This document shows positions 28,114 through 35,658 of a stretch of DNA of 52,315 nucleotides, in pieces. The stretch is taken from IMG/VR virus record IMGVR_UViG_3300042562_002373, positions 1 through 52,315 of that record; one strand, given 5' to 3'. The first letter of the stretch is position 1, and every line of letters begins with the position of its first letter. The notes beneath the pieces are model-generated. The model searched no databases. It saw only the letters and a list, made by a program, of their open reading frames with translations, and was not told the DNA's origin. This stretch comes from a virus. Taxonomy: Duplodnaviria > Caudoviricetes. The translations under genes were made by a program, and so were the position numbers.

Positions 28114-28118
28114 AAAGT

Positions 28119-28571
28119 ATGATAAAAATTTATTTAGATGATGTAAGAACTCCAGTCGCTGATGATTGGAATGTAGTTAGAAATTATGATGAGTTCGTGA
28201 AAAAAGTTTTAGAATTGGGTTTAACTAATATTAATTTAATTTCATTGGACCATGATTTAGGTGATACCGCTATGAGTGAGTATTTCAAGAATGTATCCCC
28301 AAACTATGAATTGAATTATGATAATATTACAGAAAAGACTGGATTAGACTGTGTTAAATGGCTTATCAATCACTTCTATGATACAAACCCTAAACGAGTG
28401 AATATGAGTCGTTACGATAAGAAAAACTACCCTATTAAGTTTCCAGAAGTAGTTGTACATTCTGCCAATCCAATTGGTTCAGCAAATATGATGGGTTATA
28501 TTAATAATTTCTTAATGAATGAGGGACAACCTCAAACATGTGTAAGAGTAAACATTGAACATACAGTATAA
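28119..28571 (+). CDS. Cyclic-phosphate-processing receiver-like domain protein
   Basis: IYLDDVR, ISLDHDLG, TG.D, VHSANPIG. Confidence 0.75.
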   Translation: MIKIYLDDVRTPVADDWNVVRNYDEFVKKVLELGLTNINLISLDHDLGDTAMSEYFKNVSPNYELNYDNITEKTGLDCVKWLINHFYDTNPKRVNMSRYDKKNYPIKFPEVVVHSANPIGSANMMGYINNFLMNEGQPQTCVRVNIEHTV

Positions 28572-28573
28572 TT

Positions 28574-29617
28574 ATGGAAGTTAAAGTTAGTTATGTATCG
28601 AAATTACCTTTATTAGGTGATTCTCCAAAAGTTACAATCTATGATGAGGGTAATAAAGAATATATTGTTCAATTTATTGATTCATTTGGTTTGATTGTTA
28701 ATAGTGGTACTTATAAACCAAATGATTTAATGTTTGGTGGTAGACAATGGTTTAATGGCTGGGTTATTATTGTTCGTGATACAGAAGATAATATTTTATT
28801 TACTACTAAATTCGATGCAAAAGGTGAAACTGTTTTTATTAAATTAGATGCATACGCATTAGGTGATACTATTGCATGGATACCATTTGTTGAAGAGTTT
28901 AGATTAAAACATGAATGTAATGTTATCTGTTCAACTTTTCATAATAAGATATTAGCTGATGCTTATCCTAATATTTTATTTGCGGAACCAAATACTCAAA
29001 TACAAAATATATATGCTCAGTATTATATTGGTGCTAGTAGTGATGGTAATATTAAATATTCACCAATTATTACTGATGAAAATCCATTACAGAAAACTGC
29101 ATCAGAAATATTAGGCATGCCTTATAAAGAAATCCGACCAGATTTAACTCCAGTTATTAAACATGAACCTAAACCTAACAGAGATAAAAAATACGTATGT
29201 ATTTCTGAATATGGTAGTACTGATAAAAAGATGTGGAAAGAAGGTTTGGATGGTTGGCAAATTATTGTAGATTATTTAAACGATAATGGTTTCGATGTAT
29301 TGGTTATATCTAAAGAAGCTACTGAATTACAAAACGTGGTTAATGTAACTGGGGATATTTCTTTAATCGATAGAATGGTAGATTTATATCACTGTGAGTT
29401 CTTTATTGGTGTATCATCTGGGTTAGCATGGTTGGCTTGGGCCTTAGGTAAACATGTTGTTATGATTAGTGACGTAACACCTAGTGACCATGAGTTCTAT
29501 ACTGATTGTACAAGAATTAATGCTAACTTTTTAAAAAAGGTAGACTATAATGAGGAATTTTATAGTACAATTCCAGAAGTAATAAAAGATTTAAAATATT
29601 TGATACATGGAAGGTAA
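28574..29617 (+). CDS. Glycosyltransferase, TibC/AAH heptosyltransferase-like (GT-B)
   Basis: ALGDTIAWIPFVEEFR.KH.C, LQKTASEILG...EIRP, FFIGVSSGLAWLAWA. Confidence 0.8.
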   Translation: MEVKVSYVSKLPLLGDSPKVTIYDEGNKEYIVQFIDSFGLIVNSGTYKPNDLMFGGRQWFNGWVIIVRDTEDNILFTTKFDAKGETVFIKLDAYALGDTIAWIPFVEEFRLKHECNVICSTFHNKILADAYPNILFAEPNTQIQNIYAQYYIGASSDGNIKYSPIITDENPLQKTASEILGMPYKEIRPDLTPVIKHEPKPNRDKKYVCISEYGSTDKKMWKEGLDGWQIIVDYLNDNGFDVLVISKEATELQNVVNVTGDISLIDRMVDLYHCEFFIGVSSGLAWLAWALGKHVVMISDVTPSDHEFYTDCTRINANFLKKVDYNEEFYSTIPEVIKDLKYLIHGR

Positions 29618-29996
29618 ATTAGAAAAAACTGAACAAGGATGGATTATTAATCACGATGGGCATTATATCGATGTTGATACAAGAGATTATAAATATCTAA
29701 ATGATATGTGGATTGGTGATACTGTTGAATTTACAGTAATAAACGTTACTGATGGCACAAATGAACTTGATATTACTGATAAAGATTTAGCTAAGATAAC
29801 TTTTGAGTCTAACTTTTTTCAGAATGAATTACGTAATAACTTTGTAGTTACTTCTGAATATAGAAATAAAAATACTGATTATAATCACCTTATTAATGAA
29901 TTATCTGAAGGTATGACTCCAGAATTTAAAAAATGGTTAGGGTTGGTTATCATTAAGTTAAGGAATAAAAACTATAAAATTGTAAAAAATAATTAA
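29607..29996 (+). CDS. Hypothetical protein
   Basis: 129-aa ORF overlapping the GT stop. Confidence 0.7.
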   Translation: MEGKLEKTEQGWIINHDGHYIDVDTRDYKYLNDMWIGDTVEFTVINVTDGTNELDITDKDLAKITFESNFFQNELRNNFVVTSEYRNKNTDYNHLINELSEGMTPEFKKWLGLVIIKLRNKNYKIVKNN

Positions 29997-30000
29997 AATA

Positions 30001-30037
30001 GTTGCACAATTAAAAGATAATAACTAAATTTGTAAAA
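30001..30037 (+). promoter_or_regulatory. Bacteroidota-type promoter, repeat copy 1
   Basis: GTTGC-N19-TAAATTTG-TAAAA; near-identical copies at 30147, 30480 and 38211. Confidence 0.75.
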
Positions 30038-30039
30038 CA

Positions 30040-30141
30040 ATGAGAGAAGAATATTTGGAAGAGGAACATAATTTATTCATTGAGTCTGATGATTTTATTA
30101 AAATGTTAAAAGAATTAGAAGAATCTGAAAAAAATGTTTAA
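30040..30141 (+). CDS. 33-aa acidic peptide
   Basis: MREEYLEEEHNLFIESDDFIKMLKELEESEKNV*, between two promoter copies. Confidence 0.55.
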   Translation: MREEYLEEEHNLFIESDDFIKMLKELEESEKNV

Positions 30142-30146
30142 AAAAA

Positions 30147-30183
30147 GTTGCATAAATAAAATATAATAACTAGATTTGTAAAA
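30147..30183 (+). promoter_or_regulatory. Bacteroidota-type promoter, repeat copy 2
   Basis: gttgcataaataaaatataataactagatttgtaaaa. Confidence 0.75.
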
Positions 30184-30191
30184 AAAATATT

Positions 30192-30452
30192 ATGATAGTA
30201 AACGTAGTTGATACAAAAGGTGATTTCAAGAAAAAAATTGAAACTGATTTTAAACCTGAAACAGTATCAGGTTACATTGATGGATTAAAATCTATTGAAA
30301 GAGAGATAGGTAAAAGAATCATTGTTATTTTAAGAAACTTAAGATGGAGAATTGAAGAAGTTGAAGACCGTTCAAACGATAGTTTAAAAAATGAGTTAGA
30401 GAGTCTTTTAATCGATGGTAACATTCTAAATATAGAAATCACAGATTTATGA
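30192..30452 (+). CDS. Hypothetical protein
   Basis: 86-aa ORF between promoter copies. Confidence 0.7.
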   Translation: MIVNVVDTKGDFKKKIETDFKPETVSGYIDGLKSIEREIGKRIIVILRNLRWRIEEVEDRSNDSLKNELESLLIDGNILNIEITDL

Positions 30453-30479
30453 TTTTAGAGTTATAAAAATTAAAAAAAA

Positions 30480-30516
30480 GTTGCGTAAATAAAAAATAAT
30501 AACTAGATTTGTAAAA
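30480..30516 (+). promoter_or_regulatory. Bacteroidota-type promoter, repeat copy 3
   Basis: gttgcgtaaataaaaaataataactagatttgtaaaa. Confidence 0.75.
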
Positions 30517-30538
30517 AATTAAAATAATAACTAAATTT

Positions 30539-31459
30539 ATGAGTATGAAGAAGCATTCGTTATCGACTAAAGGTTTATCCTTATCACAAGCACAATCAAT
30601 TTCAAATTTGTGCAATCAAAGAGCAACTGATATTGCTGCCGAGTTAAATGGTATCAACAACGTTGAGAAACAACTTAAAATAGGTGACCAAACTTATATT
30701 GAGACAGTTGGTAAACCAGTACCTAGTAATTTAACTGAGTTGCTTTTGGAGAAAGCTAAGTTGCATGCAACTCAAGCGTTCTTGATGGAAAACGTCAAAG
30801 CAAAAGATGTTTTAATTAGAGAAGCTCGTTATAGAGGTATGGAAACTTCTTTAGAGATGCCATCTAGACCTAAGTTAGCAGATTTCGACCCAATCGAGGA
30901 GGTTGGTGAAGATTTTGGTTGGGGTCAATTGACTTCAAACGAGATTAATGAGTACACTGAGGCTGAGGCTTATGCTGCTCACATTGGTCAATTCATTCAT
31001 AAGCATGGTCCATTGGATAATCTTAGAAAAGAATTACCATCAATCAAAACTTTAGAGTGGATTGAAGTTGAGCAAGGTAAGAAAACGCCTTTAATGGTAA
31101 CAATTCATCATACTAATGACCAATTGTTAGGTATTCATAATGAATTGGCTGCTAAACACCGTCAGTATGAACAGCGAGTAAATTATTTCAAAGCTAAAGT
31201 TAAGGATTTAACTACTGCTGAGAATGCTCGTATCGCTAGACATAATGCGGATGGATTTGCTAAAGTTAATTCTTCTAACGAAGTATTGAATAGCCAATAC
31301 CAAAAAGAGTACGCAGCATACCAAGCTGAATTAACTAAGTTGAGACAAGACCTTGAGTTCCAACGTCAAACTGAGATTGGTGAAATTTCTTCACTAAGAA
31401 TCAGTATTGACTCAAGATTTCAAGATGTAATTGATACTTATTTAGCTCAATTAAATTAA
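30539..31459 (+). CDS. Alpha-helical coiled-coil protein of unknown function, upstream of a structured RNA
   Basis: 306 aa, A/E/Q/L-rich heptads; N-terminal GLSLSQAQSISNLCNQ. Confidence 0.85.
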   Translation: MSMKKHSLSTKGLSLSQAQSISNLCNQRATDIAAELNGINNVEKQLKIGDQTYIETVGKPVPSNLTELLLEKAKLHATQAFLMENVKAKDVLIREARYRGMETSLEMPSRPKLADFDPIEEVGEDFGWGQLTSNEINEYTEAEAYAAHIGQFIHKHGPLDNLRKELPSIKTLEWIEVEQGKKTPLMVTIHHTNDQLLGIHNELAAKHRQYEQRVNYFKAKVKDLTTAENARIARHNADGFAKVNSSNEVLNSQYQKEYAAYQAELTKLRQDLEFQRQTEIGEISSLRISIDSRFQDVIDTYLAQLN

Positions 31460-31465
31460 TAAGGT

Positions 31466-31810
31466 TAATGGTGGTTAAACACAAGTTGATACCACCATTA
31501 TTTAAACTTGATAGAGTAGGATTAAACTTCTATATAAATATATTGTTAATATACATGACTAATTTGACTGCCACAAGCGGTCTAATTAAAATATAAAAGC
31601 CGCTCCGAAAGGAGCTTACTATATCCGCTCTTTCTACAAATTTATAAAAACTGAGCTTGTCTCTAATGGCTACACAAGTTAACCGAAAAGGTACAATTGG
31701 GTAGCGAAAACAAGACTTAGATTTTGACTTTGCCTTTGAGTAGAAGGAGGTCTTTGGTTTTAGTTTTAATTTTAACTTTAGCTATGTCCCTTCTTTATTA
31801 GGTTACTTAT
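31466..31810 (+). ncRNA. Candidate novel structured ncRNA with phased hexamer array
   Basis: No ORF; at least six stems found by eye, GAAA tetraloop, long-range pairings, UUURNN repeats, 3' U-tract. Confidence 0.7.
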
Positions 31811-31841
31811 TTTTTTTTTATTCTTTGCAAAGAAGAATGTA

Positions 31842-31914
31842 TGACATGTAGCTCAGTTGGAAGAGCACTACTATTTTAATGTAGAGGTCGGTAGTTCGAA
31901 TCTACTCATGTTAT
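31842..31914 (+). tRNA. tRNA-Lys(UUU), atypical
   Basis: Acceptor TGACATG/CATGTTA, D arm GCTC/GAGC, anticodon TTT at 31875-31877, T arm GGTAG-TTCGAAT-CTACT; U31-U39 mismatch, A32, no encoded CCA. Confidence 0.75.
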
Positions 31915-32010
31915 CAAAGGTGGGAGTAATTAGCCCAACCCTAACAAGAATGTCTATCATATAGCTTAAAGAGATTTGGTACCACTAATTTCTGATGATA
32001 ATTCTTGATT

Positions 32011-32086
32011 CTCTACTTATGGTGTAAATTGGTTTGCACATCGGCTGGTGCCGAAGGACTATGGGTTCGAGTCCCTTGGGTAGAGC
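32011..32086 (+). ncRNA. tRNA-like RNA with truncated anticodon arm (pseudo-tRNA or mimic)
   Basis: D arm GTGT/GCAC, GGG-TTCGAGT-CCC T arm, 9-bp acceptor-like stem, anticodon arm TCGGC-TGGT-GCCGA with only a 4-nt loop. Confidence 0.6.
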
Positions 32087-32088
32087 AA

Positions 32089-32297
32089 TGAGTAAGGGGT
32101 ACTCAGTAGTCTTTGACCTAAGACTTATTTAACAATAGGTTAGTGAAACTGCATACAACTGAGGTTGCAGTCTTTGGGATAATGGCCTATAACACGGTTA
32201 CCATAGTAGTTTGACTTTTTTCATAGGGGATGCCCAGCAGGTTTTTTGAATTAGGAAGAAACCGATGTAACTACTCACCAGTAATCTCAAGGTGGGG
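32089..32297 (+). ncRNA. Candidate structured ncRNA between tRNA-like genes
   Basis: GC-enriched, no ORF, consecutive stems (tgagta/tactca, agtctt/aagact, ataggtta/tggcctat, actgca/tgcagt, gttac/gtaac, ggtttt/gaaacc, ctcacc/ggtggg). Confidence 0.55.
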
Positions 32298-32303
32298 AAA
32301 CTT

Positions 32304-32377
32304 GGCCTCATAGCTTAATCGTATAAAGCAACGCACTTCTAATGCGTAGAGTGAAGGTTAGAATCCTTCTGAGGTCA
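32304..32377 (+). tRNA. tRNA-Arg(UCU)
   Basis: GGCCTCA/TGAGGTC acceptor, ACGCA-CTTCTAA-TGCGT anticodon arm, GAAGG-TTAGAAT-CCTTC T arm; no encoded CCA. Confidence 0.85.
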
Positions 32378-32440
32378 CTTTTTTTTAATTTAATCTTTAA
32401 AAAATTTGTTTATTGATTATATTATGTATATATTTGTACC

Positions 32441-32644
32441 ATGTTTAACTTAAATAATAAAAATATGACAACAATTATGCCAGAAGAAATTCAAACATCA
32501 CCGATTAATAATTCAATTAATAACATGGATATGGTCGCATGGTGGACTAAAAACGGAGACGGAAATTTTAATTGGGTATTATACCATCAAATTATTCAAG
32601 CCAAAAGATTCTTAATTGAGAATCACTCCGATATGGAAAAATAA
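32441..32644 (+). CDS. Hypothetical protein
   Basis: Follows TATATTTG box at 32429-32436; true start may be the second Met. Confidence 0.6.
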   Translation: MFNLNNKNMTTIMPEEIQTSPINNSINNMDMVAWWTKNGDGNFNWVLYHQIIQAKRFLIENHSDMEK

Positions 32645-32649
32645 ATTAT

Positions 32650-33015
32650 ATGAAAAAAATTGTATTAATATTAGGGTTAATAAGTATAAGTCTTACAAAC
32701 ACTAATAATAAAACTGGTAAGGCAACTTACTACGACACTACAAATCATAAGAAAGTACACAGAACAGTACCTACAGCAGCGTACTGTCACGCAAAGTACA
32801 GAAATATGAAAATGGTAATAACCAATTTAAAAAATAAAGTTACTGACACAGTTACAATTACTGATAGACACTCAATGGGTAGCAATCATGTTGACTTAAG
32901 TCATTTAGCTTTTGATAGATTAACACAATTGGACACTATTACCGATAAAAATAAAAGAGATAGAAAACGTAAAGTAATCGGTGCGATTACAGTATCATTT
33001 AAAATAATAAAATAA
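32650..33015 (+). CDS. RlpA-like double-psi beta-barrel protein (putative lytic transglycosylase)
   Basis: Signal peptide, GKATYY, TAA, ITN, V.ITDR, VDLS..AF. Confidence 0.7.
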   Translation: MKKIVLILGLISISLTNTNNKTGKATYYDTTNHKKVHRTVPTAAYCHAKYRNMKMVITNLKNKVTDTVTITDRHSMGSNHVDLSHLAFDRLTQLDTITDKNKRDRKRKVIGAITVSFKIIK

Positions 33016-33503
33016 TGGGAACAAATTATTATAGAATACCAACTGAAGCTGAAATACTAGCTAGAAAACAGAAGTTAATAGATAATATTAACAACTTGGA
33101 TTTATCCGCTTCTAGTGTTGAAGATGGTTTTAGAGTTGAAGTAGAAGATTCTTGGGAAAGAACATCTTGCTGGGATGATTTCGTTGAAGGAACTAGTATT
33201 CACTTAGGTAAACGAAGTAGTGGTTGGAAATTCTGCTGGAACTTTCATGAGAACAAATACTATTCCACTAAAGAAGAGTTATTAGCTTTTGTTAGAAGTG
33301 GTAGAATTGTTGATGAATACGGAAGTGAAGAGAATGTTGAAGACTTTATTACAATGGCTCTTAACTGGGGTGAACCAGATGGTTTAGTATTTGATGAAGA
33401 TTATGAAAATAATAAATCTGGCTCATCGTATTTCCATGGTCCAAAATATTGGGATAGAGTTATTGATGGGCTAAGAGTATCGTCATCAACAGAATTTAGT
33501 TAA
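33015..33503 (+). CDS. Hypothetical phage protein (MGTNYY...HLGKRS.GW type)
   Basis: 162-aa ORF, coupled to neighbours. Confidence 0.75.
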   Translation: MGTNYYRIPTEAEILARKQKLIDNINNLDLSASSVEDGFRVEVEDSWERTSCWDDFVEGTSIHLGKRSSGWKFCWNFHENKYYSTKEELLAFVRSGRIVDEYGSEENVEDFITMALNWGEPDGLVFDEDYENNKSGSSYFHGPKYWDRVIDGLRVSSSTEFS

Positions 33504-33805
33504 TGAAATCGATTAGACAAATATTTAAATACAATCCTCAACTAATGGATGAACCAGAAGTTGAAGAGTTAATGGATTATTGTAGAGAACTAGAAGGTCA
33601 AGTTATGGAATATAGCTTGGCCTCTAACTATAATAAGGAAATTAATGTTACAGATATTGTTAGAGATATTCATATAAGTTGTGTTGATATAATTAAGCAA
33701 GACGAAGATAGATTTAATGATGAAGAAATTGATTATAAGCAAGCTATTATTAATTTAGATAAATATATTGTAAAACTATGTGAAGAATATAAGATTATAT
33801 TATAA
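33503..33805 (+). CDS. Hypothetical protein
   Basis: 100-aa helical ORF. Confidence 0.7.
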   Translation: MKSIRQIFKYNPQLMDEPEVEELMDYCRELEGQVMEYSLASNYNKEINVTDIVRDIHISCVDIIKQDEDRFNDEEIDYKQAIINLDKYIVKLCEEYKIIL

Positions 33806-33835
33806 TTAATAATATTTATTAATAAACAATATAAA

Positions 33836-34756
33836 ATGAAACTGGTAATATTTTTCTTACTGTTGTCATTCTATTCTATGGGTCAAACCACAATAGTAAA
33901 TGAACAATTCGCTTCAACACCACCAACTGGATGGTTATCAACAACACCTTCTGGATGGGCTACTAATAATTATGGAGCTAGTAATGCTCGTTCTGGTTCA
34001 TATGCATTAAGATTATCAAGTGCATCTAATAATAATGGTAAATATTTATATATCCCAATCAATGTTCAAAATGGTTATACTTATACAATAACATTTTGGA
34101 CTAAAAGAATTTGTAGTACAACAATAAACACAAATGAAACCGCTAATCAAACAACATTATTATCTACATTCACTCAAACAAATTCTAATTGCAACTCAAA
34201 TTGGAGTACTTGGTATCAATGGAGCAATACATACGTACCAACATATACTGGAACTATGTATTTTCAGATATTAGCAAATACTGTATATTTTGGACCTACA
34301 TCAATTTATATTGAGGATGTTACAATAGTTGAATCACCACCAGTTGAATTACCAATTGAATTATTATATTTTAAAGGTAGAAAATCACTTGAAGGTAATT
34401 TATTACAATGGGAAACTGCTTCAGAAAATAATAATGATTATTTTACAATATACCGCTCAACATATCCAATAGAATGGTTACCTATTGTGGAAATTGATGG
34501 TGCTGGTAATTCAATTACAAATAATAAATACCAATTCCTCGATTCGCGATTTGAGGATGATATTAATTATTATGTATTAAGGCAAACTGATTACGATGGT
34601 AAATATAAAGAATGTGAAATAATATCAATTGATAACAGAACCCCATATATTACACCAGTTAGAATAGTAAATTCTATTGGTCAAGAAGTGTCAATCGATT
34701 ACAATGGATTAAAATTCGTTACTTACGAGGATGGTTCTGTGGAAAGGCTTTATTAA
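33836..34756 (+). CDS. Secreted Bacteroidota-style protein: carbohydrate-binding-like jelly roll + Ig-like module
   Basis: Signal peptide ending G-Q, ARSGSYAL, LPIELLYFKG..LQWETASE.NNDYF.I.RS...YY.LRQTDYDG, short CTD-like tail NSIGQEV. Confidence 0.75.
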   Translation: MKLVIFFLLLSFYSMGQTTIVNEQFASTPPTGWLSTTPSGWATNNYGASNARSGSYALRLSSASNNNGKYLYIPINVQNGYTYTITFWTKRICSTTINTNETANQTTLLSTFTQTNSNCNSNWSTWYQWSNTYVPTYTGTMYFQILANTVYFGPTSIYIEDVTIVESPPVELPIELLYFKGRKSLEGNLLQWETASENNNDYFTIYRSTYPIEWLPIVEIDGAGNSITNNKYQFLDSRFEDDINYYVLRQTDYDGKYKECEIISIDNRTPYITPVRIVNSIGQEVSIDYNGLKFVTYEDGSVERLY

Positions 34757-34757
34757 A

Positions 34758-35564
34758 TTATGGTTCATATCTACTTGTACTATCCTTACCAAATAAATGT
34801 TTACCAATTTGTTTAGTAGATGTCCAACTTTCTGAACCCTCACCCCATTTAGGTGTAACTTTTGATGGGTTATAATAACTAGTAGCACCATTAGTATTAT
34901 CTTCTATTGTATTAATATACTTTGCGATGTTAACTGCTTTTTTCCAAACTTCGTCATTATTAGGGTAAGCGTCTTCAACATATCTTTTATGTACATCTTG
35001 AATTTTATCACCATCAATAGTATGTGAATTCCACATAGAAAATTGTTTTCTTTCTAATGCAATTTGAGCAACACTTTTACCAGTAGCCTTAGCTCTGTTC
35101 TTTAATACATTTGCTACAGCCCTCATGCCAATTCCTCCCTCACCACCAGCTTCACCAACTAAAGTAGTAGCAATAATAAAGTTGCTAGTTGATAATGGTT
35201 TTTCTATAGGTATTATTTTATCAGCAATCTGTTCAATATCTTGTTTAATTACACTTTTAGTCGCTTCTAAAGGTTTTTCTTTATCAATACCACCATTAAG
35301 ACCAATTAAACCTATAACACTCGCTATAGCAGTTGCTCTTAATTTCTTTTTAACATCTGAAGACGAAGAATCATACTTATCTTTAATTTTATTAAAGTAT
35401 TCAGTTGCCTTATCTTTAATAGATGTTTTATTATCTATATTCCATTCATATTCGTTTTCACCAGTTTTATTACCAGTAAAAACTTCATTAAGCATTTGCT
35501 TTGCGTAAACCTTTATAAATAAATCCTCTTTTAATTGCTCTAATATCAATGCTTTAGTACTCAT
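34758..35564 (-). CDS. SleB-like cell wall hydrolase (Hydrolase_2)
   Basis: TLVGEAGGEG..GM.AVANV..NR, QFSMWN, D.TNGATSYY, IGKHLF. Start moved to MSTKAL (35564), which removes the overlap with the Prs-like gene. Confidence 0.85.
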   Translation of the reverse strand: MSTKALILEQLKEDLFIKVYAKQMLNEVFTGNKTGENEYEWNIDNKTSIKDKATEYFNKIKDKYDSSSSDVKKKLRATAIASVIGLIGLNGGIDKEKPLEATKSVIKQDIEQIADKIIPIEKPLSTSNFIIATTLVGEAGGEGGIGMRAVANVLKNRAKATGKSVAQIALERKQFSMWNSHTIDGDKIQDVHKRYVEDAYPNNDEVWKKAVNIAKYINTIEDNTNGATSYYNPSKVTPKWGEGSESWTSTKQIGKHLFGKDSTSRYEP

Positions 35565-35658
35565 AAAATCTTTTTTATTAATAAATATCGATTTTTTAGT
35601 AAAAAAGTTTGCATTAACCGAATTAAAATACCTATATTTGTCAAAAGAAATTATACAT

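Noticed and set aside
31531-31540. T4-type late promoter TATAAATA inside the candidate ncRNA
   Set aside because: Single match in very AT-rich sequence, and opposite in orientation to the motif that actually precedes late-type genes here
31723-31788. Hexamer array read as a peptide (FDFAFE*KEVFGFSFNFNFSYV, or KVKIKTKTK on the - strand), as a CRISPR array, or as a DGR template repeat
   Set aside because: In-frame stop or no start codon; units are 6 nt with no spacers; no reverse transcriptase, cas gene or matching variable repeat seen in the window
31842-31914. Reading the first tRNA as an ochre suppressor (anticodon TTA)
   Set aside because: Requires an asymmetric anticodon stem; the symmetric fold centres TTT, and TAA is the dominant stop codon here
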